DNA from: Desulfobacterales bacterium
Lineage (GTDB): Bacteria; Desulfobacterota; Desulfobacteria; Desulfobacterales; UBA5852
Assembly: GCA_963674755.2 (NCBI GenBank)
Contig: CAXXVS010000003.1
Span: 1,344,001-1,408,000, forward strand
Direction: 5' to 3'
Length of the DNA stretch: 64,000 nt
The position numbers and the translations under genes are program-made. Positions 32,426 to 41,839 of this stretch are shown piece by piece. The notes under the pieces were generated by a model. The model saw only the letters and a program-made list of their open reading frames with translations. It made no database searches and was not told where the DNA came from. Positions within the stretch are counted from its first letter, which is position 1. The number at the start of each line of letters is the position of its first letter.

Positions 32426-32893
32426 AACAGGAATTTCCTTTCAGCAGGGTCCGTTTCAACCTTTGAAGGAAGCGGAGTTGTTAATGGATTCACCCACTCA
32501 ATTTACGGGCTTGACCGGTAGCCGTTTGGCCGATCCTGCGGCGACACGAACATTGTCTATATTGCCGGTCAAGTCGGAAAAAGTCCGTCTCATGAGGACC
32601 GGTTCGAATTCCGGCCAGCCAGCCATCTCGTGACAGGCGGGCGGATCTGTCGACAATTTACAAAAAGGGGTTCGGAAATAAATAGGTCCGTGTTGGAATT
32701 GAATGAGCGCAATTTCGTACACTATATCGAACGTGTTGACTTCTGTGCTTTTATTGGCCTTTGGCGATGCGGTCTTTGCCAAAGGGCGTATCCCGCATCA
32801 TACCCGACAGGCCGAAATGTTCCAGCGCATGGCGGCCCGAATACCGGGCGCGTAAAATGAACTCCCTCGCGAACCAGGCCTCCCTGCGCAGAT

Positions 32894-32920
32894 TAACACG
32901 TTTCTAACATGACCCTAACA
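32894..32920. promoter_or_regulatory. three TAACA direct repeats at an 11-bp period (Pho-box/OmpR-family-like site)
   Basis: TAACA at 32894, 32905 and 32916 (TGTTA-N6-TGTTA-N6-TGTTA on the minus strand). Confidence 0.5.
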
Positions 32921-33053
32921 AAAAGGGCATAGAGCATTCGTGCAGGGCATCGATCCGGTGCTTCTTACGGCATTCGCGCCTCGAATTGGATATCCCGGCG
33001 CCACGCCAAGATGGCTGCAGACCTTGTTCCAGAAGCTGTCAAGGGGAGGGAAA

Positions 33054-33359
33054 ATGATCTCAGACCGCTGTGATTTCGAAGAGTTTGTATCGATTGCGGA
33101 TAAATGGGAATATCAGGACATCATCACCAGGGCCGACCGCGAGGCCACGGAAGCCGAGCGGCGGTACTACCATTCAACCACCCCGGAAAACGAGAAGGCG
33201 CACTGCGGACAGGAATATGCGGAGCGTCTCAAGGGATTCATCGCGTTCATGCGTTACGGCGTCAAACCATCCCGCCTCAACCCGGAAGTCCTGTTGCACT
33301 TTGGCCGCATCCGGGAGGAAGCCCGGCAGATGATGCCACGGCCGCACGTGGTCCATTAG
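33054..33359 (+). CDS. hypothetical protein (~101 aa)
   Basis: Strong RBS GGGGAGGG before ATG 33054; protein-like composition. Confidence 0.7.
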   Translation: MISDRCDFEEFVSIADKWEYQDIITRADREATEAERRYYHSTTPENEKAHCGQEYAERLKGFIAFMRYGVKPSRLNPEVLLHFGRIREEARQMMPRPHVVH

Positions 33360-33440
33360 GCCCCGACCTCAGGTATCCTTTCTAAGAATCGCCCCGATAC
33401 GATCCGACGCCCGCCGGCTGGTTCCCCGCTGGTGAGACCG

Positions 33441-34379
33441 TCACGAGGGCTTGCCACCCGCCGGGGAGGCGGTTTGCCCGGCGCTGGCCACGGTCCAGGC
33501 GCTGAAGGTGGCCTCGGGCTTGAACCCCACCCCCACCGCACCGTCCTGCATATAGAGTACCCAGGCGTAGCGGCGTTCATAGGCGCTGGTGGTGGCGGAC
33601 CAGTACCCCTCCTGGGCATCCCGGAAAGGATGCGACGCCGGAAGGGCGGGGGAGTGGCGGGCCAGGTCCACCAGGCTCTCCAGCTCGCGGATGTTGGGCA
33701 GCCGCCAGTCGGTACGCCCGCCGTATTTGTCCCGATTCAAGGCGGACGGCGCCCGCAGGGCATCCTCCCAGGTCATTTGTGCGCAGCCGGTGCGGGCGCT
33801 TGGTGTCCACCACAGTTCCGTCAGACGATCTTCCACCGCTAGACCCTGGACGCGAAAGCGCTGCGCGGGCGGTAGCGGATGCCACCCGGAACCGGCGACC
33901 GGCCACACCAGGCAGGCCCCTTGCTGCCTGCCCCGGTAGACCCGGCCGCCGCCCAGATGAATATACCAGGCCTGATCCGACAGGCGCGCACAGGGCGTCG
34001 CCGTCCAATAGTAGCCGTGGAATACATTGCGAAAGGGATGACCCTGCGGGAGAGCAGGATTGATGAGGCGGTGGCTGATGAGGGAGAACAGCTCCCGCCG
34101 GGAGGGCAGACGCCAGTCCTCCCGGCCATGCGTCCGGGACCGGTTCAGACCGGCGATCAGATCGAAGGCCTCCTCCCAGGAATAGGGAAATTCAAAGGGA
34201 TTGGCGTCCCGGCTCCAGCGCAGGCCGGTGAGGGTATCGAGGACCATCGCGCCGCGAACCTCGAAGCGCTTGGCAGGGGGCTGCCCGGCTGCCCGCCCGG
34301 AGGACGCGCAGGGCATTGCTTCCCCCGGGGCGTCGAAGCACGCTTGCTGGTCGGTGGTGAGGGGCCATGGATAGCGCAT
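33441..34379 (-). CDS. tandem DUF1566 (Lcl-type) domain protein
   Basis: Two copies of V.D.LT.L.W...WRLP..REL.SL...YW..T...AW. Confidence 0.85.
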   Translation of the reverse strand: MRYPWPLTTDQQACFDAPGEAMPCASSGRAAGQPPAKRFEVRGAMVLDTLTGLRWSRDANPFEFPYSWEEAFDLIAGLNRSRTHGREDWRLPSRRELFSLISHRLINPALPQGHPFRNVFHGYYWTATPCARLSDQAWYIHLGGGRVYRGRQQGACLVWPVAGSGWHPLPPAQRFRVQGLAVEDRLTELWWTPSARTGCAQMTWEDALRAPSALNRDKYGGRTDWRLPNIRELESLVDLARHSPALPASHPFRDAQEGYWSATTSAYERRYAWVLYMQDGAVGVGFKPEATFSAWTVASAGQTASPAGGKPS

Positions 34380-34463
34380 GGTGTCCGCTGCCGGCCGTTG
34401 CGGCCCGGTTTTGTGGACCGGTGCGACCGCAATGGTTAGGGGCGCTTTCGCCTTACCTTGCCG

Positions 34464-34727
34464 TTACGACAACACGTGGGCCGGCAGAAGATCTTCGATT
34501 ACCGACCAGCCCGGTGCATCCACCACCACTGCCGGGTCGGCACCGGCAAAGGGGTAGGTCTCGCAAAACGTGCCGATTTCCGGATGGGCCTTCACGAGGT
34601 TATGCCACACCTGTTCAGGCTGCTTGGCGGCACACAGGGCCTGGATGGCATCCACCACAGACACCTTTCCTTCGGGGGTGAAGCGGATATCGGTTCCGCC
34701 CAGGTCGACAAGATAAGTCTTGGCCAT
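34464..34727 (-). CDS. small hypothetical protein, BRO-N-like
   Basis: RBS AAAGGAGG; IRFTPEGKVSVVDAI...W..L...HPE...C...F.G pattern. Confidence 0.6.
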   Translation of the reverse strand: MAKTYLVDLGGTDIRFTPEGKVSVVDAIQALCAAKQPEQVWHNLVKAHPEIGTFCETYPFAGADPAVVVDAPGWSVIEDLLPAHVLS

Positions 34728-35165
34728 AGCGCCTCCTTTGGATTCCCGTAAATGACGATTGGGCTGGGAAGCCCATGCCCCGCACGCTTTGTGCGGCTTG
34801 ATGGGGGCGTCTGCAGGTACTGTTCCGGATCGTGATGGTCATTTACCACATCGCCTCCGGTGAGCGTGCAAGCACCCGTTCATACGTCAGGGGCAACCCC
34901 AGATGGCCTGGACGTTAGCCGACCGGCTGACCGGACGCTATAATGGAAAGGGATTATTCAGGATAGGAAAAGGCTTTATTCCGCGGCCGGCTGGCCCTGA
35001 GTCCGGACTGAAAAAAATCCATTTACATCCCGGCTGGTTTGGCTTAGTCTCTCAGCAACCAGTACCAGTACCTCGAAGGGGCAGGATGGCCGCCGCCCTC
35101 CCCACACGGCTGCACGAAGAGGGCCGTGAACGCGATGATCACTTTTCCCAGGAGAAACCATTATC

Positions 35166-35831
35166 ATGGAGAAGCAAATAAAAGTCGTCATTGCCGAAGA
35201 TCATCAATTGTTTCGAGAGGGCCTCAAGGCCATGCTCATGGCCCGGGGCGATCTGGAACTCGTCGGAGAAGCCGGTGACGGGCTGGACGCCATTCGCATG
35301 GTGCAGCGCCTGCAGCCCGAGCTTCTGTTGCTCGATCTTTCCATGCCGCGCTTGAGCGGCATCAGCGTCATGAAAGACGTCAAACGCCAGTTTCCGGAAA
35401 CGATCATTCTGGCGCTCACCATTCACGAATCCGACCAGTATGTCCTGGAAGCCTTCGATGCCGGTGCTAACGGGTACTGCATCAAGGACGCCAGCCGCAA
35501 GGAGTTGATGATGGCCATCGACAGTGTCCTGGCCGGTAAAACTTACATCAGCCCGGGCGTGGCCGACAATGTTATGGAAGGCTATCTGGAAGGGCGCAAA
35601 CGTCTCAAGGAAAAAACGTCCTGGGACACCATCACCCAGCGTGAGCGGGAAGTTTTGAAGCTGCTGGCCGAAGGCCACACCAACAAGGAAATCGCCGATT
35701 TCCTCAATATCAGCGTGAAGACCGTGGAGAAGCACCGGGCCAACATTATGCAAAAAACCGATTTGCACAATGCCTCCGCCCTGACAGCCTACGCCATCGA
35801 AAAAGGCTTGGTCAGCCCTCAAAAGGCCTGA
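35166..35831 (+). CDS. NarL/LuxR-family response regulator
   Basis: AEDHQLFREGL, LLDLSMP and ITQREREVLKLLAEGHTNKEIA...TVEKHRANIM. Confidence 0.95.
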   Translation: MEKQIKVVIAEDHQLFREGLKAMLMARGDLELVGEAGDGLDAIRMVQRLQPELLLLDLSMPRLSGISVMKDVKRQFPETIILALTIHESDQYVLEAFDAGANGYCIKDASRKELMMAIDSVLAGKTYISPGVADNVMEGYLEGRKRLKEKTSWDTITQREREVLKLLAEGHTNKEIADFLNISVKTVEKHRANIMQKTDLHNASALTAYAIEKGLVSPQKA

Positions 35832-36036
35832 GGGCGCATCGGTTCTTCCGCCACCATCCCGGGTCCCCGTTTACGCCCCCGTGGTGGAAACGCCCCATAC
35901 CCAACCGCTACACCTCTTCCGGTCGCCCTCTACCGGATCTCCCCCATTTCCGTTCGGTCGTTCGCGGCCGTGCGTGGCACGGCCGACTTCCTGCAAGCGC
36001 GCCGACGGGCGATTCCGCGTGCGTCTATTTCTTTTT

Positions 36037-37191
36037 TTAGGCGGGCAGAAAAGCGCGAACGAGCGTCCCCTGGCCTTCACGGGAGCGAATCGCAAAGCAG
36101 CCGTTGCAGATTTCGATGCGTTCACGCATGCTGTTGAGGCCGAAACCGCCGAGCGTATTTTCAGCGTCCAGGGCATGCTCTAGATCGAAACCGCAACCAT
36201 CGTCGCGCACGGACATCTCGAGGTAGTCCCCCGAGCGGGTGATACGGACCTGAATATCTTTCGCCCCGCTGTGCTTGGCGGCATTGTTGAGGGCTTCCTG
36301 CATGACGCGATAGAAGACGATCTTGTGGGCTTCCTGGATATCCTCTTCGTCTACTTCGAAACGGGATATGATGCGGATGCCGGTGTAGCGTTCGGCAAGA
36401 TCGCGGCAGAACCACCGGGCCGTGGCCAGAAATCCCAGATCGTCGAGGGTCGAGGGACGCAGGTCGGCGGATATGCGTTTGGTTTCTTTGATCGTCTCCA
36501 CAATGTGGGCGATGATGCGCTCGAAAGAGATTTCGCGTGACGGCAACCGGTTTCCATAAACTTCCAGCCATCCTTCCAAAGAAAACTTGATGGCCGCCAG
36601 GCTTGCGCCGATGCTGTCATGCAGTTCCTTGGCAATCACCTGGCGGTCGCTTTCCAGCAATTCCAGCGTTTTCCGGCTCAAAACGCACAACTGCCGGCGG
36701 GACAGGCGCAATTCATTCGCGATACCGCGGCCTTCTTCGATTTCCACCGGCCCGTCCTTCGCGCTTCGATCCTGGGGGGTGTCCTGTGAGCCGGCGTTGC
36801 GCTCCCGGATGCGTTCCGCACGGTCCGGGGAGGACTCCCCGGGGTTTGCTTCCCTGAAGGTCAGCGCCACCCAGGCATGGTCGGCGTTATTGGGGTGAAG
36901 GAGGGAGAGGGCCATGCGAACCGGTATCGGACGGGCGTCCCGGGTCTCCAACTCCGAGGCGGCGGTCACGACACACTCGCCCCGCAGGCAGGCTTGCAGC
37001 CACTGGGTCTGTTCCCGGCGTCGATGGGCCGGCACCAAGTGGTCTAAATCGAGGCGCTCCGCCTCCTCCGCGCTGTAGTCCAGGAGATGGCGCAAGGCCG
37101 GATTGGCCAGGACCAGGCGGCCCTTGGGGTCGGCAATGGCCACCGGCTCCCGAAGCGTATTGCAGAATCTGATGAGGCCGTCTACCGACAT
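36037..37191 (-). CDS. PAS sensor histidine kinase (HisKA_3, NarX-like)
   Basis: IAKELHDSIG, LRPSTLDDLG, QEALNNAAKHS, DDGCGF and GFGLNSMRER. Confidence 0.92.
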   Translation of the reverse strand: MSVDGLIRFCNTLREPVAIADPKGRLVLANPALRHLLDYSAEEAERLDLDHLVPAHRRREQTQWLQACLRGECVVTAASELETRDARPIPVRMALSLLHPNNADHAWVALTFREANPGESSPDRAERIRERNAGSQDTPQDRSAKDGPVEIEEGRGIANELRLSRRQLCVLSRKTLELLESDRQVIAKELHDSIGASLAAIKFSLEGWLEVYGNRLPSREISFERIIAHIVETIKETKRISADLRPSTLDDLGFLATARWFCRDLAERYTGIRIISRFEVDEEDIQEAHKIVFYRVMQEALNNAAKHSGAKDIQVRITRSGDYLEMSVRDDGCGFDLEHALDAENTLGGFGLNSMRERIEICNGCFAIRSREGQGTLVRAFLPA

Positions 37192-37703
37192 GGCATCCTC
37201 TCCAATGCCTGCTCAGGTCGAGAGCGATGGGGACCCTCAGGCCGCCGCCAAACCGAGTCATAACTCAAATCAGGGCCAACCTGTGTGCGGTGCTGGGTTC
37301 GTTGCGATGCTGCGCACCCGCCGGCTAGTGAATCCAATGGAGCGCGCCCCGGTTTTGCAGCCGCTGGAGGGTTCCCTTTTCATCCTTTTTCCTGGAGAGG
37401 AAACATATGTTGCCTGGTCGAGGACTGCCTATGGGGTGCAGACCCTATATTCATCCACGGTCCTCGTGAAATTTTTCCTGAAACCATGTGATTCAGCATC
37501 GTGAGGGCGGCCGTGCGGTATCGCTTTCCGCGGTTTCGGCGGCACGGGGAGCGGAATACAGGCGATGGCGGCGGTAAATAGGGACAGGACCATATTTCAG
37601 GCCGGACCATACGGGCGCAGAATTATGCCCAACACCGGCCGTTGGGGAGGAGGCGCTGTATCTCTTGGACGCCCGGGAACACACGCTGGAAGGAGCGACC
37701 ACC

Positions 37704-37991
37704 ATGACAGATAGGGACGCGACCCGGGCGGATATCGAAGCCCGCCTGGTGACGCTCGGTCAGATCCTTGCCACGCTGCGGATCAAAGCCGGGCAGCATC
37801 AGGAAAAATTCGCGGCACCGCTGGGCAGAACGCTGGATGTCATCGAAAGCAAACGGGGCGAGGTCGAAAGCCGGCTGGGGGAATTGACGGCCTTGGACGA
37901 CAATTCCTGGTCGGCCGCCATCGCCAAACTGAACAGCCATCTCGATGATATCGACGCCGGGCTTCGCAAGGCACTGGCCCATTTCGGATAG
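37704..37991 (+). CDS. small coiled-coil protein
   Basis: RBS AAGGAG; helical, and resembles the C-terminal part of the 10769-11233 protein. Confidence 0.7.
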   Translation: MTDRDATRADIEARLVTLGQILATLRIKAGQHQEKFAAPLGRTLDVIESKRGEVESRLGELTALDDNSWSAAIAKLNSHLDDIDAGLRKALAHFG

Positions 37992-38068
37992 TGGGCTCTA
38001 TACAACGCAGCGGATCGACGGCTTCGCCGCGACAAGGGTTCGTCCGCCGTTGCTGAAAGTGGTCTGGT

Positions 38069-38464
38069 ATGCCAACGCCTCCAAGGATATTGCTGGTGGA
38101 CAGCGACACGACTTTTCGCCACATGGTCAACGTGCTGATACGGCGTCATTATCCACATGCCATCGTCCGTGAGGCGTCCAACCAACAGGATGCGCTGCGG
38201 CAGATCGGGTGTTTTTCGCCATGTTTGATTCTGACGGAAGTCGATTTGTCCGGCCGCCGTTGCATGGACCTGCCGCGCAAGATGCTCGCCATTCATCCCG
38301 AAAGCGTCGTCGTGGTCCTGACCAGCTACGATCTTCCGGAATACCGTGAAGCGCTTTTTCAGGCCGGGACGCACCATTTCATCTCCAAGTCCCTGCCCAG
38401 CGCCCCGGCCATCCTGGCCATTGTCGGAGAGGAGCTGAACGCATCCCATCCCGCCCCATGCTAA
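38069..38464 (+). CDS. single-domain (atypical) response regulator receiver
   Basis: RILLVDSD, LILTEVDL, VVVLTSYD and FISK. Confidence 0.75.
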   Translation: MPTPPRILLVDSDTTFRHMVNVLIRRHYPHAIVREASNQQDALRQIGCFSPCLILTEVDLSGRRCMDLPRKMLAIHPESVVVVLTSYDLPEYREALFQAGTHHFISKSLPSAPAILAIVGEELNASHPAPC

Positions 38465-38642
38465 GAAAAGCGCCAACGATGGGCCCAGGGAATGGAAACC
38501 ATCCGCGAGGCGATGGCGCTACGACTCGGAGCATGTCCCCGGAGTGCCGCCCCTTGGCCACCGGTCCTGCCCCAGGCCGTCCCGTCAACCGGGGGGGGTA
38601 TGGAGGGGTTGCCGGCCCCAGCCCCGAGACCTACCTTGGGCT

Positions 38643-40769
38643 GTGAAAACGCTATTCCAGCCATCGCAAAATTGCTTCCGTGTCGCGCCGGCCCATCGGG
38701 CGGCCGTTATCATCGACGGCGAGGCCTATTTCCGGGCGCTGCACGAGGCCTTGCGCCGCGCCCGTCGATCCATTTTCATCATTGGCTGGGATTTGCACAG
38801 CGAAGTTCGTCTGGTGCGCAACCGTGACGAGGAAGATTATCCTACCCGCCTGGGCGCGCTTCTCGACGCCTTGGTGGATCGACGGCCCCGCCTGGAAGCC
38901 TATCTCCTGAGTTGGGATTTCGCCATGATTTACGCCATGGAGCGGGAATTCTTCCCTCGCTACAAGCTCAAGTGGCGCACCAACAGGCGCGTGCATTTCA
39001 GCCTCGACGGCCACCACCCCGTGGGCGGCTCCCAACACCAGAAGCTGGTGGTCATCGATGACATCCTCGCCTTTGTCGGTGGTCTCGACGTAAGCCAGTG
39101 GCGCTGGGACACCCGCCGGCACAGGGTGCGCGACGATCGCCGCACCGATCCGGGGGGCAAGCCCTACCCGCCGTTTCATGACGTTCAGATGGCTGTAGAC
39201 GGGCCGGCCGCCGCCGCTTTGGGCGAACTGGCCCGCGAGCGCTGGCGGCGCTGTGAAGGGACACGACCGGGTGCTGATGCGCTGGCCGTGGATTCAGATC
39301 CCTGGCCGTCCAGCGTTGTCCCCGATTTCCGCGAGGTGCCGGTGGCCATCGCCCGCACGCTGCCGGCGTATCAATCCCAACCCCCGGTCAGCGAGGTCGA
39401 GCAGCTATATCAGGACAGCATCGCCGCCGCGCGGCGCTATATATACATCGAAAATCAATACCTGAGCGCCCATCGCATTGGCGAGGCCCTGGCAACCCGT
39501 TTGCAGGAGAAAGACGGCCCCGAGGTCGTCATCGTCATGCCGGAGAAAACTGGCGGCTGGCTGGAACAGCACACCATGGACGTGCTGCGGGGCCGCCTGG
39601 TGGACCGTCTTCAGGAGGCCGACGTCCACGACCGCCTGCGCATCTGCTACCCCCGACTCGCCAAGGATCCCCACACGTCCCTTATGGTGCATGCCAAGGT
39701 GATGGTGATCGACGACGCTTTCCTGCGTGTGGGATCGTCCAACCTGAGCAATCGCTCCATGGGGCTCGATTCGGAATGCGACCTGGTCATAGCCGTCCAA
39801 CCCGGTAAAGAGGGGCTGCAGAAAACGATCGCCGGGATCCGGTCGCGGCTGCTGGCCGAACACCTGGGCTGCACGGTCGAGGAGGTGGCCCGGGCTATGG
39901 AAGATCATGATGGCCTCATCGCGGCCGTGGAAGCCCTGTGCGGGGGCGAACGCACACTGATGCCGCTTGCGGTGGAGATCTCCCCGGAAGTCGACAACTG
40001 GGTGCCGGATGCCGAGATCCTCGATCCGGAAAAGCCGGTCTCCCCTGAGAAACTGTTGAATCTCTTCGTAAGTCCCCGGGAGCAGCCCGCGGCCTTCCGC
40101 CACGCCGTAAAAATCATTGCGCTCGTGGCCGTCGTGGCGGGGCTGGCCGCGCTGTGGCGCTGGACCCCCCTGGGCGACCAGGTCGATCTGGATTCCGCCC
40201 GCGCCGTGGCCGGCTGGATTCAGCAGCAGCCCCTGGCGCCGCTGCTGGTGGCGGTGGCATACGTTCTGGGCGGCATTGTCGCCTTGCCGGTCACCCTGAT
40301 GATGATCGCCACGGTCCTGGTTTTCGACACCTGGCTGGGCCTGCTGTACGCCCTGGCGGGGTCCTGGCTGAGCGCCCTGGCCGTTTTCGGCCTCGGCCGC
40401 TGGATGGGCCGCGCGACCGTGCGACGTTTCGCCGGCAGCCTGATCAACCGATTGAGCCGCCGGCTTTCCGAAAAAGGCCTGCTAGCGGTGATCACGTTAC
40501 GCATCGTCCCGGTGGCGCCCTTCTCGGTCATCAACCTCATCGCGGGCGTTTCCGAAATCCGCTGGCGCGATTTTGCCCTGGGATCCCTGGTGGGGATGCT
40601 GCCCGGTGTGATCGCCGTGGTCCTGCTGGCGGATCGCATTGCCGCCTCCCTGCGCAACCCCGAACCCGGGCAGGTGTTCCTCCTTCTCGGGACGATTGCT
40701 TTGGTGGGGCTTGGGCTGGTGGGACTGCGGCGCTGGCTCCAGCGTAAGCCTTCCGCGGCATCGTCCTGA
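38643..40769 (+). CDS. phospholipase D-family protein fused to a VTT/DedA membrane domain
   Basis: Two HKD motifs (HQKLVVIDD, HAKVMVIDD...GSSN) and C-terminal LRIVPVAPFSVIN; start approximate. Confidence 0.9.
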   Translation: MKTLFQPSQNCFRVAPAHRAAVIIDGEAYFRALHEALRRARRSIFIIGWDLHSEVRLVRNRDEEDYPTRLGALLDALVDRRPRLEAYLLSWDFAMIYAMEREFFPRYKLKWRTNRRVHFSLDGHHPVGGSQHQKLVVIDDILAFVGGLDVSQWRWDTRRHRVRDDRRTDPGGKPYPPFHDVQMAVDGPAAAALGELARERWRRCEGTRPGADALAVDSDPWPSSVVPDFREVPVAIARTLPAYQSQPPVSEVEQLYQDSIAAARRYIYIENQYLSAHRIGEALATRLQEKDGPEVVIVMPEKTGGWLEQHTMDVLRGRLVDRLQEADVHDRLRICYPRLAKDPHTSLMVHAKVMVIDDAFLRVGSSNLSNRSMGLDSECDLVIAVQPGKEGLQKTIAGIRSRLLAEHLGCTVEEVARAMEDHDGLIAAVEALCGGERTLMPLAVEISPEVDNWVPDAEILDPEKPVSPEKLLNLFVSPREQPAAFRHAVKIIALVAVVAGLAALWRWTPLGDQVDLDSARAVAGWIQQQPLAPLLVAVAYVLGGIVALPVTLMMIATVLVFDTWLGLLYALAGSWLSALAVFGLGRWMGRATVRRFAGSLINRLSRRLSEKGLLAVITLRIVPVAPFSVINLIAGVSEIRWRDFALGSLVGMLPGVIAVVLLADRIAASLRNPEPGQVFLLLGTIALVGLGLVGLRRWLQRKPSAASS

Positions 40770-40782
40770 GCGGAGTCCGGCC

Positions 40783-41469
40783 ATGGGATTTCGCATCGCC
40801 ACCTACAACATTCATCGCTGCATCGGCCGCGACGGCATCGCCAACCCCCGGCGCATCGCCGGCGTACTGCAGGCCCTGAACGCCGATCTGGTGGCTCTCC
40901 AGGAGCTGGCTTTCAATCCTGGCGCGTCCGGCAACGTGCTGCAAATTCTGGCCGAAGCCGTAGACGCCCGCGCCATCGCGGGACCGACCCTGCTCGATGC
41001 CGGAGGGCGCTACGGCAATGCCGTGCTGTCCCGGATCGCGCCGCGCGAGGTGCGACGGATGGATATCAGCGTACCGGGGCGCGAGCCGCGCGGGGTCCTC
41101 CAAGTGGTACTGGAGACTTCCGCCATCTCGGTCGCGGTGCTGGCCACCCACCTGGGGCTGTCCATTGAAGAACGGCGCCGCCAGATGGTTCGCATTGCTC
41201 TGCTTCTGGAAAAGCAGGCGGCCGAAGTCACGGTCCTTTTGGGGGATTTCAACGAATGGCGGCCCTGGGGGCGTTCACTGCGCTCACTGAAACGCGGCTT
41301 CGCCCCTGGGGCGGCACCGCCCACCTTTCCCAGCCGCCGCCCGTTGCTGGCTCTCGACCGGATTTGGGTCCGTCCGGCCCACCGATTGAAGTCTCTCCAG
41401 GTATTCCAAGGCGCCCAAGCCCGGCTGGCCTCCGACCATCTGCCGCTGGTGGCCGAACTGGCCCTCTGA
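40783..41469 (+). CDS. endonuclease/exonuclease/phosphatase family protein
   Basis: ATYNIH, ALQE, ATHLGL, GDFNEW, LDRIW and SDHLP. Confidence 0.92.
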   Translation: MGFRIATYNIHRCIGRDGIANPRRIAGVLQALNADLVALQELAFNPGASGNVLQILAEAVDARAIAGPTLLDAGGRYGNAVLSRIAPREVRRMDISVPGREPRGVLQVVLETSAISVAVLATHLGLSIEERRRQMVRIALLLEKQAAEVTVLLGDFNEWRPWGRSLRSLKRGFAPGAAPPTFPSRRPLLALDRIWVRPAHRLKSLQVFQGAQARLASDHLPLVAELAL

Positions 41470-41839
41470 GGGCCGTGCGGGGGATGCCGCCCCTTGCCAA
41501 GATCGGAATCCGGTGCTTATTTTCCCTGTAAGTGGTGCGCGGCACCGCAGCGGCCCGGCGAACCCTGATCCCCAGTGGTGGATTGCGGGATGTCTTGGCG
41601 AGCGCTTCGGGCGGCGGCGTTTGGGGTCTATGGCTTTTCTTCAATATTATCCGGCCCGAAGGACCAAACCCCCGCTTCCACGGCATACCGGTCTGCCGTG
41701 TGCGATTTGCCTGATGGACCTTATTGTCACCGAGCGCCCGGTTCCTTACCCTAAGGTTCGAATCGCAAGCCACTCATCAGCGGCACCAAATGGGGGAATG
41801 CCCGCCGGGTGCCGCGGCCGCGCTCGAAAGGAGCTCATC

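Noticed and set aside
32596..32626. tRNA or tmRNA gene
   Set aside because: There is a T-loop-like motif and a GCCA end, but no matching 5' acceptor strand or D-arm
37407..37469. 20-codon sORF with a GGAGAGG RBS
   Set aside because: No compositional or contextual support, and it overlaps putative operator sites
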